The notes beneath the pieces are model-generated. The model ran no database searches. It was given only the letters and a program-made list of their open reading frames with translations, and was not told the origin of the DNA. 64,000 bases of DNA from Octopus sinensis (taxonomy: Eukaryota): NCBI RefSeq assembly GCF_006345805.1, contig NC_042997.1:154814001-154878000 (forward strand), given 5' to 3'. Below, piece by piece: positions 37,739 through 51,869 of this stretch (positions are counted from its first letter, which is position 1; each line of letters starts with the position of its first letter). The position numbers were made by a program, and so were the translations under genes.

Positions 37739-38603
37739 GGCTGAATATATACAGTATGTGTGTGTGTGTGTGTGTGTGTGTGTATCAGTATTTTTTTTAT
37801 TTACCGATTTGTATATCTGAACCAATATTTTTCGGACTTGCTCAGAATGTGTGGGGTTGTTCGTCTCTTAGAAGACCAAATGAAGTCGTAACACTGTGTC
37901 TCACCATACACCGACGACATTCTGAGTAAGCTCTCTGTTGTTTAACTCGCAAGTCTTTTTAACCAGTTTCTCTAAAACAAAACATTACAACCAGCGTTGT
38001 TGAACGTTTGGATATGTATTATAAAATATTATACGCATTGTCCTTTTCGTGAAAATCACCTTAAAAACTGAATGAAACATCGAATAATGTTGTCTTAGAT
38101 AAATTATACCTGAAACAAAGGCGGAATGATCTCGGTTACATTTTCTTTGATCACAGATCAGCACAATCAGGGTTGACTTTAGGTTAAGCCACAACAACAG
38201 TAACAGCAGCATCTTTTCTCGTTGCTTTCTTCCAACTTTCATTTTCTATATTCTCCAGCATGAACTAGCATAATAATTCGCTAAATTACACTGCCTCAGA
38301 GCCGAGTAATCAATAATTAAATCTGATTGATTTTGTTCCATTAACTCAACAAATAACAACTGTTCTCTTAATTATTTTGCGAACAACCGAGTGATGTTTT
38401 TAAAACAACAATAGTAATAGCGACAAGAACAACAGAAGAAATTACAGCAGCAGCAGCAACAACAACAACAACAATAATAAAAATGACAACAGTAGTATCA
38501 TCAATAACAACATCAAAAATCAGTAACAATAACAGAAGTAATGTTCTTTTATTCTGCTAATATAACATCTAAAACTTTTAAATAAGACAAGATAATACAT
38601 TTA

Positions 38604-38605
38604 TG

Positions 38606-38665
<60 letters not shown>

Positions 38666-38735
38666 TATCATCATTATCATCATCATTATCATCATCATCA
38701 TCATCATCATTGTCATCGTCATCACCATCATCATA
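38604..38735 (+). repeat. (CAT)n microsatellite
   Basis: Trinucleotide run that produces the poly-His and poly-Met artefact ORFs. Confidence 0.97.
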
Positions 38736-39457
38736 TCATTTTCATTATTATTGCTATTATTAAGGTGATGATCTGGCAGAAGCGTTAATGTGTCGGGAAA
38801 ATTTGCCTAGCAGCATTTCCTCTGTCTTTACATTCTGAGTTCAAATTCCGCTGAGGTCGACTTTGCCTTTCACTCTTTCAGGGTCGATAAGATAAGTACC
38901 AGTTGAGTATTGGTAATTGACTCGGCCCCCTCCCCTCAAATTTTTCAGGCCTTGTGCCTACAGTAGAAAGGATGATCCTCATCATCCTCATCATCATCAT
39001 CGTCATTATCATCATCACCACGATCATCATTATTGTTATCATTATTACTCTTATTAAGGCTGTGGCCTGGAAGAATCGTTAGTGAGTTAAGCAAAATGCT
39101 CAGCGGCATTTCCTTCAGTTCTTTACGTTGTGAGTTCAAATAACGCTGAGGTTACCCATGTTTTTCATTTTTATTTTTTTCCAGGTTGATAAAATAAGGA
39201 AAAAAAAGACAATCAAGTTCTGGGATCGTTGTAAATGACTAACCCTTTCTCCCATCACATTTACTGGCACTGTGCCAAAATTTGAAACTTTCATAATTAT
39301 CATCTACATTCTAAGTTCGAATTCCGCCTAGGTCGACTTTACCTTTCATCCTTTTCGAGTCAATGAAATAATTACCATTGAACACTGAGGTCAGTGTAAT
39401 CGACTGCTCCCTCCTACAAATTTCAGACCTTGTGCCTGTAGTAGAAAGGATCGTCGT

Positions 39458-39489
<32 letters not shown>

Positions 39490-39609
39490 AGCCTAGCATC
39501 ATCGTTATCATCAGCTACAGTAACAGCATCGCTATCATTATTATCGTCACCTCCTTTTTCCCTTCCTTCAGCTTCTCCTCTTACTACTTCTTAACATCAA
39601 TATCATCAT

Positions 39610-39641
<32 letters not shown>

Positions 39642-40132
39642 GTTGTATCCTTGTTTTATTTATTGTATTCATCAATTATAGCTGCAGAAGAATGTCGACG
39701 CTGTAGCCAGATTAATTCCAATTAACTGTAAATTAACGTTTAAACCCCTCTCTCCAAATGATCGTACAACATGTTCAACTTTAAAGACAATATGGCGACA
39801 ACTAAAATTGAAAGCAACACACTTAAATAAACAACAAAAATCAAATGCTTTGTTCAATCATTAATATTTGTTCTACAGGAAAAAAGCTGACGTTGCTACC
39901 CAAACGTAAGAAAAAACCGTATGGTGCTACAGAATTCCAGCGAGAAGAGGTTCTGAGCAGGAAGATTTAGAAGATTAGCTCGTGAGTGGCCTATGTTTTG
40001 AGATATAAGTCAACGAACTAAACATGGACATTAGATGCAGTCAAGTGACTCGTTACAAATAGCGACCAAATTTACCCGAAATCACACTATGCTGTTTTGA
40101 CAATGGAGACATTTGATAATGCAGTAATTGAT

Positions 40133-40215
40133 ATAAGCGAGAAAGAAACTGGCTCCTCTTAGGTGAAAAGTATCATAAGCGAGAAAGAAACTGGCTCCTC
40201 TTAGGTGAAAGTATC
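40133..40215 (+). repeat. 42-bp tandem duplication
   Basis: ATAAGCGAGAAAGAAACTGGCTCCTCTTAGGTGAAA(A)GTATC twice. Confidence 0.95.
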
Positions 40216-40247
40216 ATGGTTGTCGTGAACAAGATGTTTCAAATTCA

Positions 40248-40459
40248 CAGTAATCTCTCGACTATCACGGTGTTACGTTCCAAAACCCCTGCGATATGTA
40301 AAAATCCGCAAAGTAGAAAGTGTACTGTATTTTTTAATTATTTTTATAATTTGTATAAATTTATTTTATTATAAATGCGAAGCAACACCAGGGAGGAATC
40401 GACGTAAGCTTAAATAATATACCGCGATAGGTGAACCGCGATATGACGAGGGATTGCTG
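40248..40459. mobile_element. pogo/Tigger-type MITE, ~212 bp
   Basis: Imperfect TIRs CAGTAATCTCTCGACTATCACGGT / ACCGCGATATGACGAGGGATTGCTG. TA on the right, CA (probably mutated TA) on the left. Confidence 0.7.
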
Positions 40460-41399
40460 TATACACAAGACCACCAATTTGATTGAAAAGGTATTAGTAC
40501 TTGACTGGCACTTTACTTTATCGATCCCAATAGATGAAAGGCAAAATTGACCTACTTGAGACTCGAGCTCAGAACAAAGCGCCGAAAAAAATACCACAAG
40601 GTATTCTGACAGACATTATAATGACTGAACATAATGACAACAAACCAACATACTTAGTCTCGAGCCGCTAAGATTCATAGCTAAATCGTGTAACCAAATC
40701 ACTTCCTACCAACTTTTAAAAATTGGCAGGCGACATTGGATAATATAGTTCCACATAGATGATGCCTGAAGAAAGGACGGGAATTTCTAGTGTTGAGTGT
40801 CGGAACGCTTTTCCTGATAAGTCTGTTTGATCAATGCTGACTTTGATTCTAAGCAAGAACCGGCGTTTCAGAGGCAACAAAACAATAATAATTGCATTAA
40901 TAGTATCAATTACCACAGCGATGAATTAGCAGAGTCAGTAGATCGTTGGATAATACTCTATGTGTTATTTGTTCCGAGGCTCAGCAATCCGAAGACCAAA
41001 GTGTATCATAGACTTAATCTGTCGTCCGGTTAAATAGTACACCTTGGGTATCTTTACTGGAGACCGCTATGCTGCAAACATTCATTCCAGGTTGCTTTCC
41101 TCTCTCCCTTCCACCAGTCTTGGATACCCTGTAAAGAGTTATGGGTATTGTCTTTTTTTCTGACTAAAAAAAACTCAGTTGTAAACAACAATTATAATGT
41201 TCAAATCCCTCCCAAACATACAGAAATAAAACCACATATATAAATATAGTAGCAATACCCAATAATCTCATTCATTTCCCGGAGACAGCACAGTAAGCCA
41301 ATCAAGGCTAAGGTGCGTACTCAGAAGCTCTACGTTCCCGGGGAAGTTCACTCATACTATAAAGTTCCTACACTCAGCCATAAAGTACCCATGACTCGC

Positions 41400-42330
41400 A
41401 GATTAACTGAAGCTCTGCACAGTTTGGTGTTAATGTGAGAGTCAAGCATGAGTGCAAGATAACACCATTATTCTCACTTTATTTGTAATCCAAGCTCAGA
41501 GTAATTTCACACCTAAACTGAAGATGAATACAGACAGACAATTTTAAAGTATCACCCCAAAGCTACGATGAGGCTATACATATCTTAAGGAAAGAAATTT
41601 ATTTGCGAGTCGATTTGCATTTGTGTCCCATAATGCACGGGACATTCAGAGTTTGGTGGATGCTTGTGAAGGTGCAGCCACAGAAACGTTTTGTTTGAAA
41701 ATTATCATCCGGAAGGTTGAGATTATTTATCATCTAAATTCTGGCACGAACCAAGTGACATTTCTTGAAACTATTATAATCGAAACGAAATAATTGACAG
41801 TGGCAAATCATCTTATCTACCAGAGTACTACAATTAGTAACAGTACTGAGTTCAGTTAGAGCAAGAAGTGATAGAGGCAAACCATTTTATCTGAGCTGTA
41901 TAATTAGTAAAGATAGAAGGCTCAGTAATGAACTGCATTACAGGGTGAGCAAGATTAACTCTGCATTAAGAAGTTTGAGAGAGCGACTATGGAACAACAA
42001 GCATGTATCGACAGGTTTAACGATCAATAGTATTAACCACTATGTTTTAACGATCGGTTGCATGGACAATGTACTGCATAATGAAAACAAACTACATTTA
42101 TTTATTATGAAACACTTGAAATAGGTCACGGACATCACATAAAAAGACATGAATAGCTTCATCCAAGCAAAATCAAACTCTCTGACATGGAAGACCTAGT
42201 TGTGTAAAGAAACTTCGTCTGGCTTGAGAAAGTCCAAATAGCAGGAAAAAAACTCTGCTGCCAAGTCAAAGTTGTCTGGTCTTGCAAGAGATTACAGGAA
42301 ATCCGACTGAGTTACAAACGTCTGTGTACG
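41400..42330 (+). pseudogene. Decayed RTE-clade LINE RT fragment
   Basis: FGVNVRVKHECKITPLFSLYL, HNARDIQSLVDACE, SKDRRLSNELHYRVSKINSALRSLRERLWNNKHV. Many stops and shifts. Confidence 0.7.
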
Positions 42331-44804
42331 CGTAACATGAGGAGATAGTTGTTTGAACACAGCAGATAAGGACAAAAACCAGTGGAAAATATCGATTAAC
42401 TTCTGATACGGTGACGCATGACATGCTGTATAGACAGTCATCGTTCGTGTCAGCAATAGTATATGAACTTTTGACTCCCAAGAAGAAAAACCATCATATT
42501 TTATTCCGTCAAGAACGACAGTTTTACTTTTCCAATGTAATTTAACCCATGGTCAACACATCATTACATTGTATTTATACTTTATTCGGTTTTCCATTGT
42601 GGTATAAAACAATTTTGACACGCGATTTATTTTTAAATCAATAAGTTTTAAGACATTTGCGGTGAAACTAATGCTGTGTTTGCCTCAAGAAATACCAAAT
42701 ACCCAATAAAAGAATAAGTTAATAATAAATGAAAATTATATATGGTAATATTTTTGATCAATATCTCCCGTTGAAGTAGCTGAATTAACAACTCTTTAAC
42801 ACCTACAAATTACTAAAAACTGAAATGTTCAACGTGGGAACTTGCTTCAAAGAAATAGCCATAAAATATACCTAAAGACATCGATATATTGACAGAAAAC
42901 CAAAATAATGACATTGAGAGGAAAGACATAAATTCCAATATAAGAAAGTGACAAGAATGCTTTATGAGAACAACTAAATTGTTTCAAATACGTCTATCAG
43001 AACATCTTGAATGAAATTATTTGTAAAATAAACTGTAAAAGGACAGTCTTTTGTCCAATAATTGGAACAGAGAGGTGAATGTCAGTAAATATTAAGAAAG
43101 CTTCGTATATTTACTTATATAATATTGCGTTTCTTAAATAAAGATCTTCGCTATATACGTGCAGTGTTTTCGAAACTCGTGTAAGACAAGTGTGTTACAA
43201 AAGCCGAGACTGATCGTTGCGTACTTACCACGAATGGAGATAATAGAAAGTAAAAGAAATATTAACTGAAGAGATATTCGTCATCAGCATTAAGAGTAGG
43301 GAAAAATTTTTATAGAAAAACTGCTTACGGTGAGAAACGTACGTTGGATATATTAACATTATATGGCTCAATATTTTAAATGAAGAATAATTATTGTCGA
43401 TAATAGATGAAAAACACACTGGTCTATATGCCTAACATATTTTTGTAAAGCACTTTGAGAAACATGAGCGATGATTATTATCAGGTGTTTTGCTCAAGTA
43501 TTTTTAATAGGGTTGGGATTGAATTCGCCAACTGTTTTTCACACGGGTTTCTGTGACATAAGCATATAAATTATAGATCACTACATTCAAAATAAGTTGG
43601 GGAATTCAATTCTCACGAAGAATGTTTACTTGATGACTCGTTTACCTGCTTAAAATGCATTGTCTTGCAATAGGGAAACAAAACAAATAAGGGAAAAAAA
43701 GAGCAGGTGATCTTAACAATCTGAAATATTTTTCCATCAGTGTCTGTAGGGATCTTTGTAACGGGAGGCTGAAATATTTCATAGAATATAAAGTTCCATA
43801 TTACATATAGAGACAAGAAACACTTATTGGATGTATCTTCCTGTGCATTAGCAAATGATCATTAAAGGGAAAATATTTCATGTTTGCCGTGGTGAAGACT
43901 TTATATGCTTCTAGGCAAAGTGATAGACTGCAAAGTTGACTTGTAGAGTACATAACAACTGAAGCCATATAATAAGTTGGTATCTATAAAGAAAGCTTAG
44001 TTCTAACCCTTAGAACAGTACTCTCTTCAATCAGAGAAATTGAAGGCTGTCCTCAATGTCATTTAGAACTCTTTCCAGTTCTTTAATGAAGAGCTTTTAC
44101 CTGAAGCACCAGATCTCACTTCTCCTCACGACACCTAAACTTAATCATGTTTTACGAATTCATTATCGGCTTTTACTGTGGTAAATCATCATTGGGTTCC
44201 GCAAATGTTAATGTATTTTCTTTGCCATCGGATGTCTACCAAAAGTGAAAAATTAACTCCAAACACAGCAGAAGATAATTTTCTCTTTACCAAGAAGACT
44301 ATATTAGTAGCAAAAGTATGCTATGTTTTTCATCCTAATAAGTAAACGATATTTCAATGACTAAATTTCATTAGTATTGCAAAATATATTCACATGTATC
44401 GAGGAAATATTTATTCCAGTAGCTGCTAACTTATTCCATACAGAAGTGCATGAATGATACACTTCAGTCAGTTGATAAACGCTTAAATATAACAAACGTA
44501 CAAGTCTACAGTCAAATTTTCGTTGTACATTTTATTTGAGATAAAAATGAGTAAGTAAACAGAGATTACCAGGCAAACATGTGAACTATTTACTGCTCCA
44601 AGTAATCAAATCTATTGTCTGAAAATTCTATTTTAGCTTAATTTTTAAGCCTAGATTCACTTTCAAGTTTCCAGTGAGTTTTCCTTTTATGTGTGTGTAA
44701 GAAGGCTATAGTCATCGAGTTAGCTAAGTAATCAATATCATGAATGGTTGATCACAACAAAAAGTTCTCTAGTTTCATTCGAATGTCGAGATACAGACAT
44801 TTGC

Positions 44805-45022
44805 TATACATACATACATACATACATACATACATACATACATTCATACATACATACATACATACATACATACATACATACATACATACATGCATGCCTA
44901 GATACATACATACATACATACATACATACATACATACATACATACATACATACATACATACATACATACATACATACATACATACATACATACATACATA
45001 CATACATACATACATACATACA
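44805..45022 (+). repeat. (TACA)n microsatellite
   Basis: Long tetranucleotide run. Similar runs at ~4360, 12900, 33800, 35915, 51530. Confidence 0.97.
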
Positions 45023-45829
45023 TGCATATATCTTTTCAAGGTTAATCAGGAACTAGATGAATAACAATCTTCTTCCGCACGCATTCTGGAAATATTCGAG
45101 TCAGCTGCTTCTTAAGGAATTTTTAGCAACCTATGTTCTTGATAATTTCCAGTCGATTTGATGTGTTCGTGAGTTGGAATGGCTTTAAGTAGATCTATTT
45201 CAAATAGTTATTTATATTTTGTTGTGTACTTTTCGACGAAAGTTTTCTATTAGAAAATTAAAATTCATTAAATGCAATTCTTACCTTTATAGTAGCCGGC
45301 TAAATTCTAAATGTATCATTACTCAAACTAATGGTAAAGAAACAGGAAATCTACTTTTAATCCAGATTGTTGACAACGTAGATACGTATTTTAATTTTCT
45401 TCGCTTTCTTGTCACAGGAATCCACGTTGCCTTCTCAACTACTTTTATAACCTTTCCGTGAAGTAGAAACAGTTTCATTGACAGATATCGCCAACACAAT
45501 TCAAATCCGAATTTTTCAGACATCTAGCTTTATGCAAATCCACCCACTTAGCCTGTATTTTCTGACTTCAATCGATTATTTTCATTATTTAGCAGCCTAT
45601 TTAGATTCAGTATTACCTGTATTTCAGTATTACAACACTAGTTACATTCTGAGTTCAAATTTCGCTGAGGTCGACTATGCCTTTCATCGTTTCAAGCTCG
45701 ATAAAATAAGTATCAGTTGAACAATGGGGTTGATATTATCGACTTACTCTGCGCTCGAACTTTCTGGCCTTATGCCATAATTTGAAACCAATATTACAAC
45801 ACTACTGAAGTAATGTATCAGCGATCATG

Positions 45830-46088
45830 TTGTTGTTTGTACCTTCTCGAGCCATGCCTGGCTAATAAGGGCCAGTTTCCCAGTTTCATTGGCGTATAGG
45901 TTCCCCACCTGGACAGGACGTCGGTCCGTCGCAGGTGAGCTGCTAGGTGCAGGAGGAAAGAGTGAGAGAAATTTGTGGTGAAAGAGTCAGCAGAAGTTCG
46001 CCATTATCTTCTGCCGAAGTCGTGTGGAGCTTAGGTGATTCGCTCATAAACACACACATTGCTCGGTCTGAGATTCGAACCCACGACA
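45830..46088 (-). mobile_element. SINE of a further family, head truncated
   Basis: Minus strand GTGGGTTCGAATCTC B box and CCTGCGACGGACCGACGTCCTGTCCAGG tail of the type shared by L2-partnered SINEs. Confidence 0.55.
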
Positions 46089-47321
46089 TTATTAATTCCT
46101 CATAAGGTGGCGAGCTGACAGAAACGTTAACCTCCCGGGCGAAATGCTTAAAGGTATTTCGTCTGCCTTTACGTTCTGAGTTAAAATTCCGTCGAGGTCG
46201 ACTTTGCCTTTCATCCTTTCGGGGTCGATAGATTAAGTACCAATTACGCACTGGGGTCGATGTAATCAACTTAATCCATTTGTCTGTCCTTGTTTGTCCT
46301 CCTTTATGTGGGCAATAAAGAAATAATTATTAATTCATCATAACATAAATGGTAATGTAATAAAATAATGAGAGGGTAAAAATAAATACGACAGTGTATC
46401 ATTTCAATGTTTACAATGAGTCTACCACGATGGAGTTTAGTCCCAACGAAATCATTTACTAAATAAATACAAATAACGAGTAAATATTTTGTTCACTATA
46501 TATATCTATAGCATCTGAATTAAGTAAATCGTACAGTTAATAGCTCTTGTATAACTTCACTTATCGCTTTTAATCCATCTAGATGCATTTGTGTACTAAT
46601 GCATTCATGGTTTTATCTGTGGGGTAAGTTTGGATAGTGAAAGAAAAATTTAGCTTGTATTTCAAAGTATGCTTTAGGTTTTAGTATTTAATAGTCGTTC
46701 TAGAGACAACCATTATTTTATATTCCAATGATAGCATCAGTGTAAGGCAGGCAAATTATAATTAACAGCCTGAAAATGAAATTAACGTAACTAACCAGTT
46801 TTGCATCTGGAAATAAACTAGAAAGGAATTCTGACAAAATATAATTATGAGCGGATGTTATAAATCAGTCAACATTTATTATCACTAAGCTTCCATCTTC
46901 ACATCATATCGCTCGTGACCACAGCAGCTAAATCCCAACAAGCAGCAGCAGCCAAAATCGGGAATATCCTGCCATTGTTCTTTAAGGGAACACGTTTAAA
47001 ATTATATATATCCTGTTGTCTACATTTATTACACATAACTTTACTGAGTATAATTTGTACCCTAGGGAACAGGCTGGTATCCGCAAATTTACTTCTAAAT
47101 ATGTATGACTCTGTGGCAAGGCTAAAGTTAATTTGTGTATGAGAAAGTTAGACGTTTATATTTTATATAGTGTACCATGCAGTTTCATATGAAGGGTTGT
47201 GGATTGGCAGAATCGTTAGAATGTCAAACGAAATAACTTCTGGTATGTGTTTCGGCACTTTCCATTCTGAATCCAACTCTTACACAGATATACTTGTGTT
47301 TAAATATCTTTTTCTACTCTT

Positions 47322-47522
47322 AGCACAAGACCCGAAATTTTGGGGGGAGGGGGCCAGTCGATTAGATCGACGCCAGTACGCAGCTGGTACTTAATTTATC
47401 GACCCCGAAAGGATGAAAGGCAAAGTCGACCTCGGAGGAATTTGAACTCAGAACGTAACGGCAGACGAAATACGGCTACGCATTTCACCCGGCGTGCTAA
47501 CGTTTCTGCCAGCTCGCCGCCT
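47322..47522 (-). mobile_element. SINE family B copy
   Basis: Reverse complement of the family B consensus with few differences. Confidence 0.85.
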
Positions 47523-47717
47523 TCTGTTTAAATATCGAAATCAGTTTACTCATCAACAGATTTGTGACAACAAGCAATGGGTTAGAATCGTGCTGTAGGA
47601 CCCAAATCTTCAGTGCTAAGTGTAACTCTCTTTGTCATTGCCAACACAATACACACATATATCTTATCATTCACTCAGACACATACACATACACATACAT
47701 ACAGAGTCTCTCTTATT

Positions 47718-47765
<48 letters not shown>

Positions 47766-47869
47766 ATTTTTTCTTTCTACATAAAGTAAACCCCTGATAT
47801 GTGTGTCTATATGGAATATTTAAGAGTATATAAGTATGTATATAAATACGTACACTACATATATGTAAG

Positions 47870-48240
47870 CGCAAGAGTTGCTGTATGGTAAGAGGCTTGC
47901 TTCCCAACCACATAGCTCCGGGTTCAGTTCCACTGCGTGACACCTTGGGCAAGTGTCTTCTACTATAGCCTCGGGCTGACTAAAGTCATGTGAGTAGATT
48001 TGGTAGACGGAAACTGTAAGAAGCCTTCGTGTATATATATCTATGTGTGTGTGTGTATTTTTGTCAGTGTTTGCCCTCCCCCACTATCGCTTGACAACCA
48101 TTGCGGTTCGGCATAAGAGACCGATAGAATAAGTAGTAGGCTTATAAAGAATAAATCCTGGGGTAGATTTGCTCGACTAAAGGCGGTGCTCCAGCATGGC
48201 CGCAATCAAATGACTGAAACAAGTAAAAGAATAAAAGAAT
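47870..48240 (+). mobile_element. SINE family A copy
   Basis: GCGCAAGAGTTGCTGTATGG..GGTTCAGTTCCAC head, family body and AAAAGAATAAAAGAAT tail. Confidence 0.85.
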
Positions 48241-48580
48241 ATCTATATACTATATACATATAACTAGTTGTTTTCTCTTTACGGGATCAGCATCTGTGTG
48301 TCGCTTTAAAAGTATATACTGTGACCACGAGCGAGTGGCTGCTATCTCTAACCGGCGGTTGTCCTGTACCGACGAAGGGAAATTACCCAGAAACCATTGG
48401 TCTGCAGGTATCGCTATGGCTAGAAAGGGGGCAGTAGACTCTCTTTCTCACAGTTTACTGACACAGACCATGTGTCGGTAGCCAGCTGGAAAAGATATTT
48501 TCTTGGGGCTAAAAAGTAGTAACATCGTCCTACGTTGGACTTTGCCACTTTGCGTTGGCAAATAGACATTATGTGTGTGC

Positions 48581-48616
<36 letters not shown>

Positions 48617-49604
48617 AACTCTTGGCCTTCGAGTTACTCTGTAGCTTCTACCAGTTAAACGTGTATATATGTGTTTGTGTATGTGTGTGTGTTTGCGCGC
48701 GCGTGAGTGAGTGAAAATTTTTGCCATTAAAATTTATCGAGAAAAGATCTTGAAAACACAATTTAACACAGATCTAATGGAAGATGATTTTTGCTGTCTT
48801 CGATTTTTAAACAAGTAGAGACTACTAAAGTGTTTTCCATATTTTTTATACTCTAGGCACAAGGCCCGAGAATATTTTTGGTGGCTATGGGGCCAGTCGA
48901 CTACATCGATTAGATCGACCCCAATACGCAACTGGTACTTTATTTATCAACCCCGAAAGGATGAAAGGCAAAGTCAACCTCGGCGAAATTTGAACTCGGA
49001 ACATAAAGACAGGCGAAAAATGTTTCTATATTACTAACCGTTCGGTAGTTGTCTTTATTTTCCGTTTAGTTTGAAGATTTTTACAAAATATTCTTCTCTT
49101 ACTTTGTAATTGTTCATTTTCTTCTTTCATTTTGCAAAAGCGGAATATTTTGAACTTCCCATTTGCGTAGATGTCGAATAGTTCATTACAAAGAATATTT
49201 CTTACAGATCGACCATTGTTTTGTTATTTATGTTCCTTGACTTAGTCCGTTCATTTTGCTTCCGTGACCAATATAGTTTTTACTGAACTGTTAACAAATA
49301 ATGCAGTAAATTAGGTATTTTGTTTAGCTATTCAGCTTTTACTTTAGCCTTCAATGCTTTACCATTCTCGAGTTTTTGAATGATATCATATGTCCCATGA
49401 CAAAGATCTTCACATTTTGACATCCGCTTTATTTCTTCTAATGTAAATTTCGTCTTTCTTAAGAGTCTTTTATGATTATTTTTGTTATCTTCGACAGTTT
49501 CTATTTCAGGACTTTGCACGGCGCGAGCTAGCAGAATCGTTAACACGCCGGATAAAATGCTTAGCAGTATTTCGTTGCTGTTAAATAATGTTGCTGTTAA
49601 ACTA

Positions 49605-50154
49605 CAGTAACACCTTACGAGGATCCACTTTACCAGACCCTGGTTTTACGAGTGTTATTTTTCAAGCACGAGATTCAAATTTTGAACAAAGTGCAAGAGT
49701 TTCTACCACCATAACAAATGCTTCTGTATGTTACCGAGAAATTTATAAAGAGCGAAAATAAACTTTCTTCTTAGTAAACAACTTTAGACTTATTTTTTTT
49801 AAATAAATATACAAGTCCGTCTACTAGTGCTTGTGAGTTGACGATCGCGTCTACAAATGATCGTGTGCACGAATCTAGTGCGAGCGAAAGTGATTCAGAA
49901 AACGAATATAATCATTTTTTTATTATAAATGATCTTGACATTCCTTTCACTTTACATAAAATATTATTTACATTCTACTGTTGCTTTATTGCAATTTATA
50001 TACGAGTATCATAAATTTCATAGGTTAAATATTTTTCTGGGAACGAATTACAATTCATAACATAGCTACTATGAGAAATTATTGCTGTTTTACGAGTTTT
50101 CGCTTTACGAGAGGTCTCCTGGAACACATTAACTCCATTATCGAGGCATTACTG
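49605..50154. mobile_element. Tigger-type MITE, 550 bp
   Basis: TA|CAGTAACACCT ... CGAGGCATTACTG|TA termini and repeated internal TTACGAG motifs. Confidence 0.7.
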
Positions 50155-51869
50155 TATATACAATGCCATCTATAGAAAAGACTACTCTGCAATAGATATA
50201 AAGATCTCTGCTATTGACTGTTTATAAATTTGTATCAACACTAAGAATATAAGTATTCTACAAATATTTCCATCAAAACTAAGATGGTGAGCTGGCAGAA
50301 TCGTTTGTACTCCGGGAAAAAAATGCTTATCTGCATTTCGACCGTCCTGAAGTTCTGAGTTCAAATTCCGTCGAGGTTGACTTTGATTTTCAACCCTTTT
50401 GAGGTCGATAAAGTAACTACCAGCTGCACAGTGGGATCGATGTAATCGATTTACCCATTCGCTCCGGATTTGTTGGCTTATTGCCAAAAGTCGAAACCAA
50501 TATTTCCATCAATACGTCCACCATGTACGAGCATAACAGGCCTGGTAAAATTGTTTGTGACAGATAGGAAAATTATGCACAATCACTAAGTAATCGCTGC
50601 ATTGAAGATGTGAACACCTAAAGCCAAAATCAGTGAGAAAGGGAATATTTACGGCAACTGCTACGGAGTCTACAGCTTCTCTTCTCAGAGGATAAATTCA
50701 CACTTATACCTATAATTAGCGATGATATGAAATGCAAATGTGACAATCAAGAAAATGTTGCCAGGCAAAGTAACCAAAGGACAAGTATTTGGCAATCGCT
50801 CACAGTTTTTATTTCTAATTACTGAAAATATTTTTTTAAAAATTAATCCCATTGTAGCGCACTGGAATCAAAGGCTCTAATTTGATCTTAGACCCGAGGT
50901 TAATGTGTTAATGAAGAATAGAATTAGAGAGCAAACATTCTAATCACTAATGAAGTGCCAAAAACATTTATAGAGAATTGTATTTGTAAATACAAAACTA
51001 TATAATTAATTTTAAAAAATAAAATAAATGTAAGTGATGTGGCACTCTGAAGCAGCCATAGTCAATAAAAGCTGATGGGCAAGTGCATTCACTGAATAAT
51101 TGAATTGCTTAAAAAATGCTACATTGGCAGCTTGTAAATTGACTATTCTATAGCAGGCTAGTTTATATAGATTAGTTTGTGGTATGGTAGTTTCAACGGT
51201 AAACAAAGTGAGTGGTCACAGAATTGGTAGGAGATTAAGTAACTTAAAGAGAGAGATTGGTTGCGGATTAACTAAAAGATAGTGGGGGTGCTTTTGTAGA
51301 AGTGATGCAATTATTAATTTTATTGACATAAAGTATACTAAATCGAAAGAATTAAAAGATGAAAATGCATCTAATGTAAATTAATTTATAATAAAATTTA
51401 TATTATACATACATTATATTACACACAAACACATACACACACACTCACCCACACGCATATATTTATATATATATATATATATATATATGCATAGAACATA
51501 ATACATAAATACATACATACACACATGCATATATACATACATACATACACACACATACATACATACATACATACATACATACATACATACATACATACAT
51601 ACATACATACACACACATACATACATACATACATACATACATACATACATACATACATACATACATACATACATACATACATACACACACATGCTGGAAT
51701 CGACTCATGTCCGAATAAAACCATTTTCCATGCGCATTTCCCTCTAAGAAGCATCTCAATTTTGATGTCCTCATTACTGATGACGTTTCATCTGGGTCGT
51801 AAGGCCTGCAAAATAATAACAAGTCAGCCCCTATCCCCAACCCTCAGCAGCAGCCTGATCATCTGGACG

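Noticed and set aside
38549-38788. Poly-Met / poly-His ORFs and the many YI/HT/CV/MYVC ORFs throughout the window
   Set aside because: Translations of (CAT)n, (TA)n, (CA)n and (TACA)n microsatellites.
44101-44134. 34-nt minus-strand micro-exon (TTTAG|..CAG|GTAAAA; VVRRSEIWCF)
   Set aside because: Weak acceptor, no homology recognised, no partner exons.
51776-51800. CTGATGA / GAAACGTC motifs
   Set aside because: They lie on opposite strands and overlap, so they cannot form a hammerhead.
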